Below are positions 36,101 through 45,600 of a stretch of 64,000 nucleotides of DNA, in pieces. Under the pieces are notes generated by a model. That model had not been told where the DNA came from, did no database searches, and was given only the letters and a program-made list of their open reading frames with translations. Both the position numbers and the translations under genes were made by a program. Each line of letters opens with the position of its first letter. Positions within the stretch are counted from its first letter, which is position 1. Origin of the DNA: Podarcis tiliguerta (taxonomy: Eukaryota); NCBI GenBank assembly GCA_965153285.1, contig OZ229117.1; one strand, written 5' to 3'.

Positions 36101-36141
36101 AGAGTCCCCTGATCATGGATGACGCTGTTTTGCAGGTCTAA
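3464..36141 (+). CDS. PLEKHG4: PLEKHG4 (puratrophin-1) Rho GEF, whole spliced gene span: N-terminal Solo-like domain, Sec14-like, spectrin repeats, DH, PH; 22 coding exons, about 1913 aa plus an unplaced first exon
   Basis: GT-AG exons chain in consistent phase (5742 nt including stop). DH motifs [37 protein letters not shown]; PH motif [14 protein letters not shown]. Neighbours KCTD19 and LRRC36 match the recalled human PLEKHG4 locus order. Confidence 0.93.
5556..7497 (+). CDS. PLEKHG4: PLEKHG4 giant exon (1942 nt): N-terminal domain part 2 ([19 protein letters not shown]) plus long acidic/Ser-rich linker
   Basis: TTCAG acceptor, open frame (ORF 5571-7556), G|GTAGGA phase-1 donor matching the next exon. 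Confidence 0.88.
8126..8279. mobile_element. Foldback MITE-like inverted repeat (about 56-bp arms)
   Basis: 8126-8181 is roughly 85% reverse-complementary to 8224-8279. Confidence 0.75.
9141..9173. repeat. (TG)16 microsatellite
   Basis: Direct reading. Confidence 0.95.
10630..10845 (+). CDS. PLEKHG4: PLEKHG4 exon (..[16 protein letters not shown]), start of Sec14-like domain
   Basis: TTTTACAG acceptor, GTAATA donor, phase 1-1. Confidence 0.85.
11389..11512 (+). CDS. PLEKHG4: PLEKHG4 exon ([21 protein letters not shown])
   Basis: CAG acceptor, GTTTGT donor, phase 1-2; Sec14-like GxRD motif. Confidence 0.92.
12150..12500. mobile_element. Old SINE/MIR-like remnant interrupted by an L2-type 3' tail with (TAT/CAT)n
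   Basis: GCCCAGAGTGGCTGGGG..AGATGGGTAGGGTAT plus trinucleotide tail, lying inside CCCAAGGAGCTC..CACCCTGTGAGGTAGGTTAGGCTG. Confidence 0.5.
13265..13358 (+). CDS. PLEKHG4: PLEKHG4 exon ([18 protein letters not shown])
   Basis: CAG acceptor, GTGAGG donor, phase 2-0. Confidence 0.92.
13649..13735 (+). CDS. PLEKHG4: PLEKHG4 exon ([18 protein letters not shown])
   Basis: TTTCAG acceptor, GTATGA donor, 87 nt, phase 0-0. Confidence 0.9.
14944..15192. mobile_element. Tc1/mariner(pogo)-type MITE
   Basis: 22-bp TIRs CAGTCRTACCTYGGAAGTCGAA (2 mismatches); TA on both flanks. Confidence 0.9.
15540..15730 (-). mobile_element. CR1 LINE 3' fragment
   Basis: Reverse-strand similarity to the CR1 3' end at 46290-46575. 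Confidence 0.6.
15881..16152 (-). mobile_element. 5'-truncated poly(A) retrotransposon (L1-like 3' end) with 19-bp TSD
   Basis: GCCTATCTCAGGGCTCTTT at 15862-15880 and 16153-16171; poly(T) and TTTATT on + strand (poly(A) tail and AATAAA on - strand). Confidence 0.85.
16209..16325 (+). CDS. PLEKHG4: PLEKHG4 exon ([39 protein letters not shown])
   Basis: CAG acceptor, GTGAGT donor, 117 nt; Sec14-like C-terminal QLPxxFxG motif. Confidence 0.93.
16523..16621 (+). CDS. PLEKHG4: PLEKHG4 exon ([15 protein letters not shown])
   Basis: CAG acceptor, GTGAGT donor, 99 nt. Confidence 0.92.
17300..17448 (+). CDS. PLEKHG4: PLEKHG4 exon ([25 protein letters not shown])
   Basis: CAG acceptor, GTGAGT donor, phase 0-2. 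Confidence 0.93.
18944..19050 (+). mobile_element. CR1 3' terminal fragment
   Basis: CAGGCATCTGGTTGGCCAC..GACTAGATG..GATCCAGCAGGCT shared with 46490-46560. Confidence 0.7.
19254..19583. mobile_element. Degenerate hAT-like MITE
   Basis: CAGGGATGGGGAA left end; repeated GAGGGCCACATT subterminal motif. Confidence 0.4.
19600..19870 (-). mobile_element. CR1 LINE ORF2 C-terminal fragment
   Basis: Reverse strand reads ..[14 protein letters not shown]..; similar to 43500-43680 and 46980-47080. Confidence 0.65.
21573..21711 (+). CDS. PLEKHG4: PLEKHG4 exon, spectrin-like ([32 protein letters not shown]..)
   Basis: CAG acceptor, GTTTGT donor, phase 2-0. Confidence 0.92.
22652..22774 (+). CDS. PLEKHG4: PLEKHG4 exon, spectrin-like ([15 protein letters not shown])
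   Basis: TAG acceptor, GTAAGT donor, 123 nt. Confidence 0.92.
23079..23945. mobile_element. Non-autonomous hAT-type DNA transposon, 867 bp
   Basis: Perfect 8-bp TSD CTCAGAAC (23071-78 and 23946-53); imperfect TIR CAG..ATGGA. Confidence 0.75.
25241..25435 (+). CDS. PLEKHG4: PLEKHG4 exon, spectrin-like ([17 protein letters not shown])
   Basis: CAG acceptor, GTGAGT donor, 195 nt. Confidence 0.92.
27588..27790 (+). mobile_element. CR1 LINE 3' end
   Basis: TAAACATTAGGAAAAA..CTCCTTCACTGGAG..GATCCCTTCCAACTCT; a short reverse copy lies at 19940-20010. Confidence 0.75.
29086..29312. mobile_element. hAT-Charlie-like MITE
   Basis: TIRs CAGGGGTAGGCAACCT / AGGTTGCTAACCCCTG; TSD degenerate. Confidence 0.8.
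29992..30764 (+). CDS. PLEKHG4: PLEKHG4 exon ([31 protein letters not shown]..)
   Basis: CAG acceptor, GTAGGT donor, 773 nt, phase 0-2. Confidence 0.92.
31265..31514 (+). CDS. PLEKHG4: PLEKHG4 exon, DH domain part 1
   Basis: [25 protein letters not shown]; CAG acceptor, GTAAGG donor. Confidence 0.96.
32022..32111 (+). CDS. PLEKHG4: PLEKHG4 exon, DH domain part 2
   Basis: [21 protein letters not shown]; CAG acceptor, GTAAGT donor. Confidence 0.96.
32226..32450 (+). CDS. PLEKHG4: PLEKHG4 exon, DH domain part 3
   Basis: [42 protein letters not shown]; CAG acceptor, GTGAGT donor. Confidence 0.96.
32807..32977 (+). CDS. PLEKHG4: PLEKHG4 exon, PH domain part 1
   Basis: [21 protein letters not shown]; CAG acceptor, GTAAGG donor. 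Confidence 0.96.
33521..33698 (+). CDS. PLEKHG4: PLEKHG4 exon, PH domain part 2
   Basis: [33 protein letters not shown]; CAG acceptor, GTTGGT donor. Confidence 0.95.
34407..34523 (+). CDS. PLEKHG4: PLEKHG4 exon ([24 protein letters not shown]..)
   Basis: CAG acceptor, GTAAGT donor, phase 1-1. Confidence 0.94.
34623..34871 (+). CDS. PLEKHG4: PLEKHG4 exon ([19 protein letters not shown])
   Basis: CAG acceptor, GTACGT donor, phase 1-1. Confidence 0.92.
35448..35647 (+). CDS. PLEKHG4: PLEKHG4 penultimate exon ([28 protein letters not shown])
   Basis: CAG acceptor, consensus GTAAGT donor, phase 1-0. Confidence 0.88.
36136..36141 (+). CDS. PLEKHG4: PLEKHG4 last exon coding part: Val-stop (GTC TAA)
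   Basis: TGTTTTGCAG acceptor followed by GTCTAA; phase matches the upstream donor. Confidence 0.68.
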   Translation, partial: V

Positions 36142-38425
36142 ATGCTGGTTTCCGTGATGTTTCTCAGGAGACAAGAAGAAGGAACCTGTGTATGTCCCCA
36201 CACAGCACCCAGGAGCCCATAATAGTAGTGGAGAATACTGAGCAATTAACTAGACTGGGCCACAGCACTGGACATGAAAATGCCTTTGTTTGTGTGACTG
36301 AATTGTGGAGTGGGTTGAGTGCCCCCAGTGCAGGTGTGAGTTCCTGCTGCCTTCTGCTGCTGTTTTACAAGGCAGCCCAGTGAGCAGCAGCAGGGAAAGG
36401 TTTGGGCGCCATTGTTGAGGGAGGGGGTTTAGGGGGAGAGTTGTCAAGTTTTGGTGGTCCTGATGTGGCCACGGATAGAGAAACAGCTGTATGTTGAGGG
36501 TATGGATCAGAGAGATAGATGTTGGCTGGTCACTTGTCTTTTTTACAGTTGACTTGCTTTGTTCCACAAGCTGCACATTTAGGAAAAAAAACTTTTCCAA
36601 AGGGCAGAATAAAGAAACAAAGTATTTATTTTTGGAAAAAAGAGTAACCTCCTTTGTTATCCAGGCCAGTTCTTTGTATAGGTTTGCCTGGTCTTGAGAT
36701 AATTTATTTCCTTGTTCTTACCACTAATTGCTTCATTAGCAGATTCCACAGGTGCCTCAGAGCCAAGTTGTCACTAGAAGAGTTGTTTCTTTCTGTTCAT
36801 TGTTAGGAAACTAAATTAATCCAAGGGACAGCACTTACAGGGGTGGGGGGTCTGAATATGCAGTGGAATGAGGGGGTGAAATCCAGAGGCATCAGAATGG
36901 GCAATGACATTGCAGAGGGCAAGTAAGAGAAAAACATTTTAACATTTATTGAATTTTGCACAAAAATAGTCCACGAACATAGAAAGCTAGCACAGCAGGT
37001 AAGAACCTAATCATAGTTTTCTTCCTGGTGTGCTAGTTTCTAACCCGCAAGGAGCTTTCCCATTAGGGGAGCATTCTAAAATGGGAGTTCTCATTTGCTA
37101 CCTGAAGTGTTATATCTTATTTTGCTTCATGTGTAGACCAAGCTGTTAAGCATTTCTGAACCTCCAGCTGGGATCTGACCCAAGGGACAGTGGTCAGCCT
37201 CCTTTGACTTAAGGGGAAATAATGCACTTGAGTTCACAGTGATCTGCCTGCCAAGGCAAGTCAGGAACAGGTCATTGCTAGTAGAGGCAGTTCTGACTCT
37301 AAGCCATTTCTGCCAACCTAGCTGAGGAAGTATTGGCAATTTTCTGAACCTCAAGTATCTGGAAGCCAGACAGTACTGGAATTGTGTGCCACACAGTTCT
37401 CTGCTGTTGTGCTTCTGCTTCTGGCTTTAGTCCACAAGTGCCTCTCCCTTGCCTCCCATTTACTACCCATATTCCCATTTCATTGTAAAACCCATGAGCT
37501 GTAAATATAACCCTTATTTTACATTTATTTAATGAACTGAATTTCTTCAGCCCACTCCCCACAAAGAATGGAATACCAACACTCTTTGGTAGAATATTAC
37601 CTGCAGCACAGCTGGAAAGGGATGACTTTAGAAACTTCCAAGTAATGTTTCTTGGTTAATATAACTTTGACTTTTATAAACAAAGCGTTTCCCAGAAAAC
37701 TGGAGGAAGCCTGGGATCAATTTTGGATGAATCAGTATCTGGAATTACTTGTGCTGGGCAGTCTTTTCATTGCTGGAAAAAAATCCTTAATGTATGCCTG
37801 CCCGGCACCAATGTTATGTTCAAAGTTTGACTGAATTACTTAATAAAAGTTGTTTCTTACAGTACATTTTAGCTTGATTGCATGTGATCATTTCTAAGAG
37901 CTTTTGACTATTGTCATCACAAGATCTGACTAATTTTGCTTTTGCAATTCCATATGGGTAGAGATATTTTGACATTATGAAAGCATCTGTACAATAGAGG
38001 AAGAACAGCATTTTAAGCTCAACTCTTTATTTTTTATGTGAACTGAAAGGAAAGTGAAGTGGCTTTGCTCAAGTTTAAGTGGTTTTGAGTCTGCTGACGT
38101 GTGATATAAAAATTAATTTAGCCCAACAAGGCTGATGGCTGTTCATCAACACACACGAAAGACTGAGCAAAACTATTTCCCCTCCCTACGTTTGCAAAAA
38201 CAAAATGGGAAAGAGAGCGAGAGGAAAATATTTTGAAACATCCTTCCCTGCCTTGCTCCTGCTCCTCAGTACTTCAAACCCAGGTTGACTGGGCAGCAGC
38301 AAAAATAGGTATCACAGGTTGGCTGTAGGGAGGCTTCTCTGAAAGTGCAATTATTATGAAACATCTTCTTTATTATATTATAATACTTAAACTGTGCAAA
38401 TAATAAATGCAATGTTAAAAAAACA
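36142..38425 (+). other. Putative PLEKHG4 3' UTR with candidate poly(A) signals
   Basis: AATAAA at 36608, 37842 and 38402; the true end cannot be determined from sequence. Confidence 0.45.
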
Positions 38426-39519
38426 TACCAGAGCCCTGCCTGGACCGTTCCTTTCAGTTGATTCTCTAAACCCCTTACAAAACCATTTATGGAAATAGCT
38501 TATGCAGCAGGAGCCAGGATTTCTGCCAGTGGGTGGCTTGGGTTTGACTGATGTTCAGGGGTGCAGGGAAGAAAGAGAAGAAAAGGAACACCTATCCACT
38601 CTGAGAAGAAGCTTCAGCTGCAACCCTTACGTACACACTGGGAGTAAGTCCCATTACAGTCAGCTGAACTTACTTCCGAGTAAGTTCCTTTCCCTTCCTT
38701 TTCCAACAAGCCTTTCAAGAGAACATTTTTATCCCGGTCTGCATATGCATTGGACCTGAACTTGTTTCTTATATAGGTATTTATGGGTTGTGTTTTTATT
38801 GTTCAATCATTTCAGGAGTGATCCATTAATGAAATAAATAAAAACACTGAACACAGCAAGCTAGCAAATTCATTACAAAGCCATGTGTATGCCAAAATAA
38901 AAGTGAAAGGGAAATTCCAGAGTAAAGCCCTTGTGTGAAAGGTGTGTATGTGTCGTAATCAGTCCAGCTAGAAAGACACCCAAACAGGTGGCCAGTTGTG
39001 ACATCAGGCCAAGTGTGCTGCAGCTCTGCCCTGTAAGACTGTCAAGGGGACAGGCCAGAGCAGGGACGCTGAAAGAGACTCCACCATGAGGCCCTACCTG
39101 TGCCTTGGAAGGCTCCCATGAAGCAGGAGAAGCCAGAGGGGTGCAGGTGGCCTCTTTGCAGCAGGCTCACCCAGGCAAGAGAGCAAGCTGCCCCTTTTTG
39201 AGGAAATAAGGGACTGCTGTCTGCCCTGCATCCTGCTGCAAGTAGGAGGGGAGAACTTATACGCTGTCTCTTTTGGGCCCCTTTTACATATTACACAGAG
39301 CAACTCACTAAGGTAGAATTCAGAACTGTATCACTTCAGACAGCAGCGCAGGCAAATGAAGGTCCCTGCTCTGTGGGCAGAGAATTTAGCACTTCTCCCT
39401 GTGTGCCACTTTAATACCCCCACTAAGTTTCTACATGGCTCCTGTTGCCAGTTAAATAGATACACATGAAGGGAGCAGCCGATTTATCTGGACGGAGGAA
39501 ACAAAGGATTTCAGTTTTA

Positions 39520-39633
39520 TTAAGGTTTCTGTAAATATTTCCCTATGACAAAATGAGAGAGTGATTGAAAGTAACCTTTTTTTATCAGCAGGTCAATGCA
39601 GCAACTGTACTTCCAGGCAAATGGCAGAGTAAA
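39520..39633 (-). CDS. KCTD19: KCTD19 exon 16 ([27 protein letters not shown])
   Basis: TTTCAG acceptor, TAA stop at 39520-39522. Confidence 0.94.
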   Translation of the reverse strand, partial: FTLPFAWKYSCCIDLLIKKGYFQSLSHFVIGKYLQKP

Positions 39634-42600
39634 CTGAAAGGGAAAAACAAATAGGCTAGCAACAGCTCAAGGAGTGGCAATGACATTCTCCCTTCAGGGT
39701 TAAGTTGTTGAACCAGCTGCCAAACACTCAGAGCGGAAGCAGAGGCGCTTTTAGGGTAGCACAACCAGTTCAGCCATGCTGCAGGGGGCGCCACAACAAT
39801 GCTGTAGAACAGAGCGTGTGAGGTGGGGGGGTCAGCGATTTTTAGTGTCACACAGGGTGCCACTGAAATTTGAGAGCGCATGGCTGAAGTGTGTGTGTCC
39901 AGATAGAAGGCCACCCAAACGCCTCAGGAGACACATATTTAAAATTTAGAAGTTACTCCCTCCACTCCAGGTCAGGATTAAAGATGGACTCGGGCATGAA
40001 AAGGTTGAATGCAATTTAGTAATTGTGCACAAACATCTTCAAAGAGGCACAAATCCAAGAGGCACAAATCCCATCCAACTAATCTGATACATTTTGTACC
40101 TCAACGTCTTCAAAAATGGGAAATGCTAGAGAGGGTGGAGGGGTGAGGGAGAGGAATTGATATGCAGTTCTGTTTTGAATTGGGAAACGCTTTTACTGGA
40201 GCTATTTTTGACTTCCAATCGCAAATGCTGTTGGGAGGGTCACAGAAGAAACAAATCTCAAGCTGTTTCTCTGCTCTTTGTGGCTGGTTTTGGCAGCATT
40301 CAAGGGCCCTGTGGCTCCAAGAACAGCTTGAGGATCACAACTAACAGGGAGATGGTGTCTGTTCCTACTCCAATGTCTGCCCTCCACAGCATCTCCCCAG
40401 GAACACTGGTTAGTGGACAAGAGAGGTGTACCTAGGATAGCTTGGGCCAGGTCCTCCTGACACCCCTGGATGTGGATGGTCCAGCAGAACAACAGGCTTA
40501 CTGGCCACCTTCTCCACCTGTTCCACTAGCTAGTGCACGGTGGTCCAACACGCGGCCCTTGAGGCTTTTTTTGGTGGCCCTCAGCAACATTTGACACACA
40601 CCCCAGCCCTCATGCCACCTTCCCAAAACCAGGTAAGCAAGGCCCTGGGCTTTGAGAAGGAGGTGTGAGGGCCCCATAGGCTAAAGGGATTCTTAAAAAA
40701 AGAAACTTTACAGGTTCCCCTTGCCAAAATAAAAAACCCTGCACCCATTTACCTGACATTTAGACTTTCAAATTTCATCCAATTCTTCTAAGAAATAAAA
40801 GTGACATACATTTGTTGATGCTGTCTTTTAAAGAACACTCACAGTAGAAAGTAAGCACTTAGTAAAAGTGAAATCCTGAACCAATTTGGCAGAGTTCATA
40901 TCCTCAGAATGAGCTCCTATGCCTGCAAATTTCACTCAGCTCTGCTCAAACATTAACCTGTTATCCAAGCTGACACTGTGGGTTCTGAGGCTCTCCCTCC
41001 TCCCTCCCCCCCCCCCAGCCCTTCTGTTCAATCAAATGGAGGAAGTCACAGAGCAAGCAGCGAGAGCCTGGTCTTTCTGGGTCAGCAGCAGTCCCTGTCC
41101 TCCACTACAAAAGGAAGCAAATCAATAGTTCACACTTACTTCAATCCATTTCAGTAACTTCTCACAAGCATGACTATCTGCTTTAAAGGGCGCCACATTC
41201 AGCAAGTCAGCCACAAACTCCTTAGCTGTGATCTCTAGGCTCTGCAAGAAATGAGGGCACACAGCAACCATTTTCCAGAGCCAACTGTGTAGAAGAGCAG
41301 TTAGCAGGATTGTGAGGAAGGGGGGGAGGTGAAGGACCAGGACCAGGAAGGCAGGAATGGCTGCAGGATTCTCTTCCGCAGAAGCCTTAGAAGAAGGGAG
41401 ACATGAGGGTGGGGCAAGGCTTATTGCCTTTTGGTGGTCTCCAAATATTCCCAGAGCTCGCAGTCAAGCTGTTAGACTAGGAAGGAGGTCTCAGCAGGTG
41501 ATATGCCCTAGTCAAGCAGAGCTTGTGGCAATAGGCCACATGGTTTCGGGATTGGCACCCAAGACCTCTATAAGCCCAAGAGCAGCCATGTTGTGTTCTT
41601 ACCCACAGCCTCTGCACAAGCAGCTCGACTTTGGCAGTCATTTTCTTGGGGTCCTTCTGCCTTATGGAATCCAAGATGACATCGGTGAGAAAGCAGTGGC
41701 ACTTTCGGGCATAAAAAATCTCCTCTTGTGACAATGGAAAGCTCAGAAAGACAATATCTATAAGCGGAAAGAATTAGGGAGTGCCATCAACACCCATTTC
41801 TTTGCCAGACCTTCAGTGTCTCCCTCATCACACTCTCTTGAGTACAAAAATAGCACCGCCTACACTGGATCTTGGTTTGGCTTTGGGGCATTTTGTTTCT
41901 GACTTGGTGGCACCACCTCCCATGGTTCCTGCCTGGCCCTGTAACTCAGTGTGGCCAAGGAGTCACATCCTTGGTTCACCACAGGTCCAGCTAGTCACAG
42001 CACAATCCACAAGTATCCTAGTGCCATTGCAAAACTACCCAAGGCAAGTTGGAAACGTGAGGAAGAGGGGATCCTGTCAATTTTTATTTCTCTCAGTTTC
42101 TCAGTTTTCCAGTTTTAAATTCGGTTCTCTATATTTCCTTATCTGTTTGTAAAAAAATAAAATAAAAATAAAATAAATAGAAATTAAACAGCATTGTAGT
42201 TTGAATTTCTCCCAATGCATACATTTCCCCCTAATATTTTTGCAAAGCAATTTTCCCTACGATAAAGCATGTTTCTATATTACTTTCATTTTTAACCAAA
42301 ATATGCATTTAGGGAGCCATTTCTCGTTTTTTTAGTCAAATCTTTGCATGGTGCTGCTACTGTTGTGTTCCTCCTTAAATCAAACCACAGCTCCTGACCC
42401 ATTGGTTGAAGACCGTTAATCTAGCATAATCTGCCTGAAGACAAAGCTGTCTTATTCAGCAACCCACACTGCCGACTGATGCCAACAATCCAACCACGTG
42501 GGCCTCTAGAAGAGAGCAGCTGCAGCATCATGAGAAGCCTAGCAGAGCAGGTCATGCTCAAGGACTTAAGCAAGATGCAAGTTCCATGACATTCACTAAC

Positions 42601-45600
42601 CAAACTGCCCAAGAGGAAAATCCCAGATACACTGAATAGTCTCACCAAATTGTATTATTGGACACAACTCTATACAGCTCAGAGCTAGTCTCTACTTGTG
42701 GCATTATTTGATGTTCAGGAAGCACCATTACCCCACTGAAATACAATAGAAAAGGCCTTCACAATATAACCATTTTTTTCTTGAACTCTACAGGGCAAGA
42801 TCTTTGTTACGGGAATGGTTCCAAGAGGGAGCTTCTTGCCAAAATATACAGTAATTTCTCATTTTGCAGGGAGAAATAGTGAAGATTCTGGGTACAGAAT
42901 TGGGGGGTTCTATTTTTTGAGGGCGGAGTCCCTCCCCCCCTTCCCTTCAGCCCTGCCCCTTCTTTATATCTCCTTCCCATGCCCAGTACCTTTGGCCATG
43001 GGGTGTGCTAGACCACTGGCTACTTTCATGTCCTCCAGGTGTGTGCTGTAGAGAATGCTGCTTTCATGAGATGAGCAGGAACCATCACAAGCCACAATCG
43101 GAGGATGCTCCACTTTAAGAATCAAGCCAGTGTCCCCATGGGGCTCATCCATGATAGCACTGCTGCTTTGTTCAGGGAATGTCCCTGGGCAGAAATGGGT
43201 AAAAATTGTTAACATGATATATGTATTGGCATATAAAGAGTTAGATGCAAGTCAGGATGCAACATCTGCTATCAATGGAATTTAGGAAGTCGTATGGGAC
43301 ATGGAATGCAAAGAGGCACCATTCTGTGGCCAGTTCTACACCCCATGTATGCCACAGCATGTGCACACCTCTTTTCATTCTGTCTTCTTCACTTTTTCCC
43401 AAATTAAAAAGTTCCTGGTGTTGTAACCCTTCTCATAGGACAGTTGCTCCATCCCTTTTACCTTTTTGGTACCTTTCCCAGTGCTTTAATATACTTTTTG
43501 AGGTGTGACCAGAACTATACACACTAAACCCATGGTGGTTTCACCATGAAATTGTACAATGGCATTATGCTATTTGGTAGTTTTATTCTCAATCCCTTTC
43601 CTTATCATCTCTAACGTGGAATTTGCCTTTTTCCACAGCTGCTATACACTGAATCAACACCTTCATCAAGCTGCCCACTACAGCCTCAAGGTCTCATTCT
43701 TCATCAGTGACCCCCAGTTTTGGTTCTATTTAAGCATAAGTGAAATTAAAGTGGGGGTGTTAATCCCACATGCATCAATTTACACTTGTTTTTAATTTCA
43801 TTTGCCATTTTACTGCTCATTCACTCAGTTTTAGGGTTAGGCTAAGCTTATTTATGAATTGGTTTCCTTTTACAGCTCCTCTCAATCCTCTTCTATTCTA
43901 ACCCTTTGAACAATTTGGTATCATCAGCAAACTTGGCAACCTCACTGTTCATCCCTAACTCTAGAGTGAAGAAAGTAAAACACACAACCCCCAGTCACAA
44001 TCCTTCGTGGAGCCCATTTTCTACATCCCTCCATTGGGAGACCTATCCATTTCGTCTTCCTCTCAGCTTCCTATTTCTTAACCAGTTACTGATCCATAAG
44101 AGGAGCTCTCTTTGGGAACAGCTGACTTGAGAGACCATCTTGCCCCTCATAGTGGCCCAGCATAGAGGCACTATGAAGGGTTCCACATGATGTTTTCACA
44201 GGGAACTCAGTGTGTCTGCACCTTGGCCTGGAGCTCTTTGCCTATTCATCGTAAGCAGGCATTATCAGTAGTTTCTTTCAATTGCCTACTTAAGGCACAC
44301 CTGTTCACACAGGCCTTTATTTATGCTTCACCATCCAACTCTTGACTCTTTTTATGCTGTTTGATGGGTGTGTTAGGTTCTTCATTGTATGAGATATAAG
44401 CCTCTAAAATAAATAAATATGAAGCTATTCAGATATGAATAACCCAGTCCTGAACAATTCAAGCAACTTTTCACGGCAAAGTATCAGCTAAATAAGCCCT
44501 CTATAGCAACCGTGGAGTTTGCCTGAACTTGCAGAAGCCTGGGAACAAGCAGAAGAACAACTGATGAAATAACTAACCTTCCTCTTTCTGCATACAAACG
44601 CTAGAGACTTAATCCCTTAAGGATCCCTGCAACCAGTTCATGGAACTCCATAAGCAATTAAAGAACAGATTCTGCCCAAGTGGGTTTTCGAAACAGCAAC
44701 ATCACAGAGGCAGCTGACTTGCAGCTTCTACCTCTAATTGTTAAACACAGAGCAACAATCATGAAGATTTTCCCCTTAGATGCTCCTTGCAGGAGGAGAA
44801 GTTAATCACTGTTTTCCTCTTTCATTTTTTCTTTTTATAGCACTGATTTCTGTCATTGTATTCCAGTCTTCATCCAGCCTACTTCATCAACCACAGCTCT
44901 TCAGTACCAGGGAGTGGTCTCCACGGTGCCAAAGAGGACCTTTTGGAACAATTGTGTCAAAGGCCCCAGTCATCTCACTGTTCCACAATGAAACAAGAGC
45001 CTCAATAGGATCACTTGCTCTACCCAATGAAAAATCCCCTAAAGCCATCAACCTCCAAGGGTGGACCAGCAGAGGTCCCCCACCGCTGAAGATAGGAGTA
45101 ATCATTGCAAGACCAAACTTCACCAGGAAGTGGCCTGATCATGACAATGAGATAATATCCACCCCACCTGCTTCTACACCAACCCCTCTCTATCATGAAT
45201 AAAGAGGTGATTGATCACTAATCCCACATCTCTGTGAACAAGAAGCCATTATGTATAGGCAGAAGGGGTAAGGAGAAAGGAAAGGTCCCAGAAATCCCTG
45301 GTTTGGGGGGGGGAGAAAAAGAGGAGGGCACTCCTTGTTCCTGACATCCTCAGAGAGCGCTAATTTACAAGCAGCAAATTCACCTTTCTCTCTCTCTTTC
45401 TGGCCACTCAGTTCCTTGGCTGCAATATTTTCAGCCACTGAAGAAACCTCCTCAGAAATGCTTTGTCTTCCAATCTTGACAAGCCACGCCTCAGAAGCCG
45501 GGATGCCCAGCAGGCACTGCCCAGCTTTCGGCAGCTGCCCATTACTTGTGAGCTCAGGACTGGTGACCCCAAAGCAAGTGGCTGGTGGGAAATTGCAAGG

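Noticed and set aside
40042-40071. 15-bp tandem duplication AAGAGGCACAAATCC x2
   Set aside because: Ordinary slippage duplication in an intron with no sign of function
44780-45202. 140-aa + strand ORF and 78-aa - strand ORF as novel genes
   Set aside because: Explained by a decayed L2 ORF2 fragment
45193-45383. Continuation of the KCTD19 exon 12 ORF to a stop at 45193
   Set aside because: A phase-compatible donor at 45384 joins exon 13; the remainder is intronic read-through
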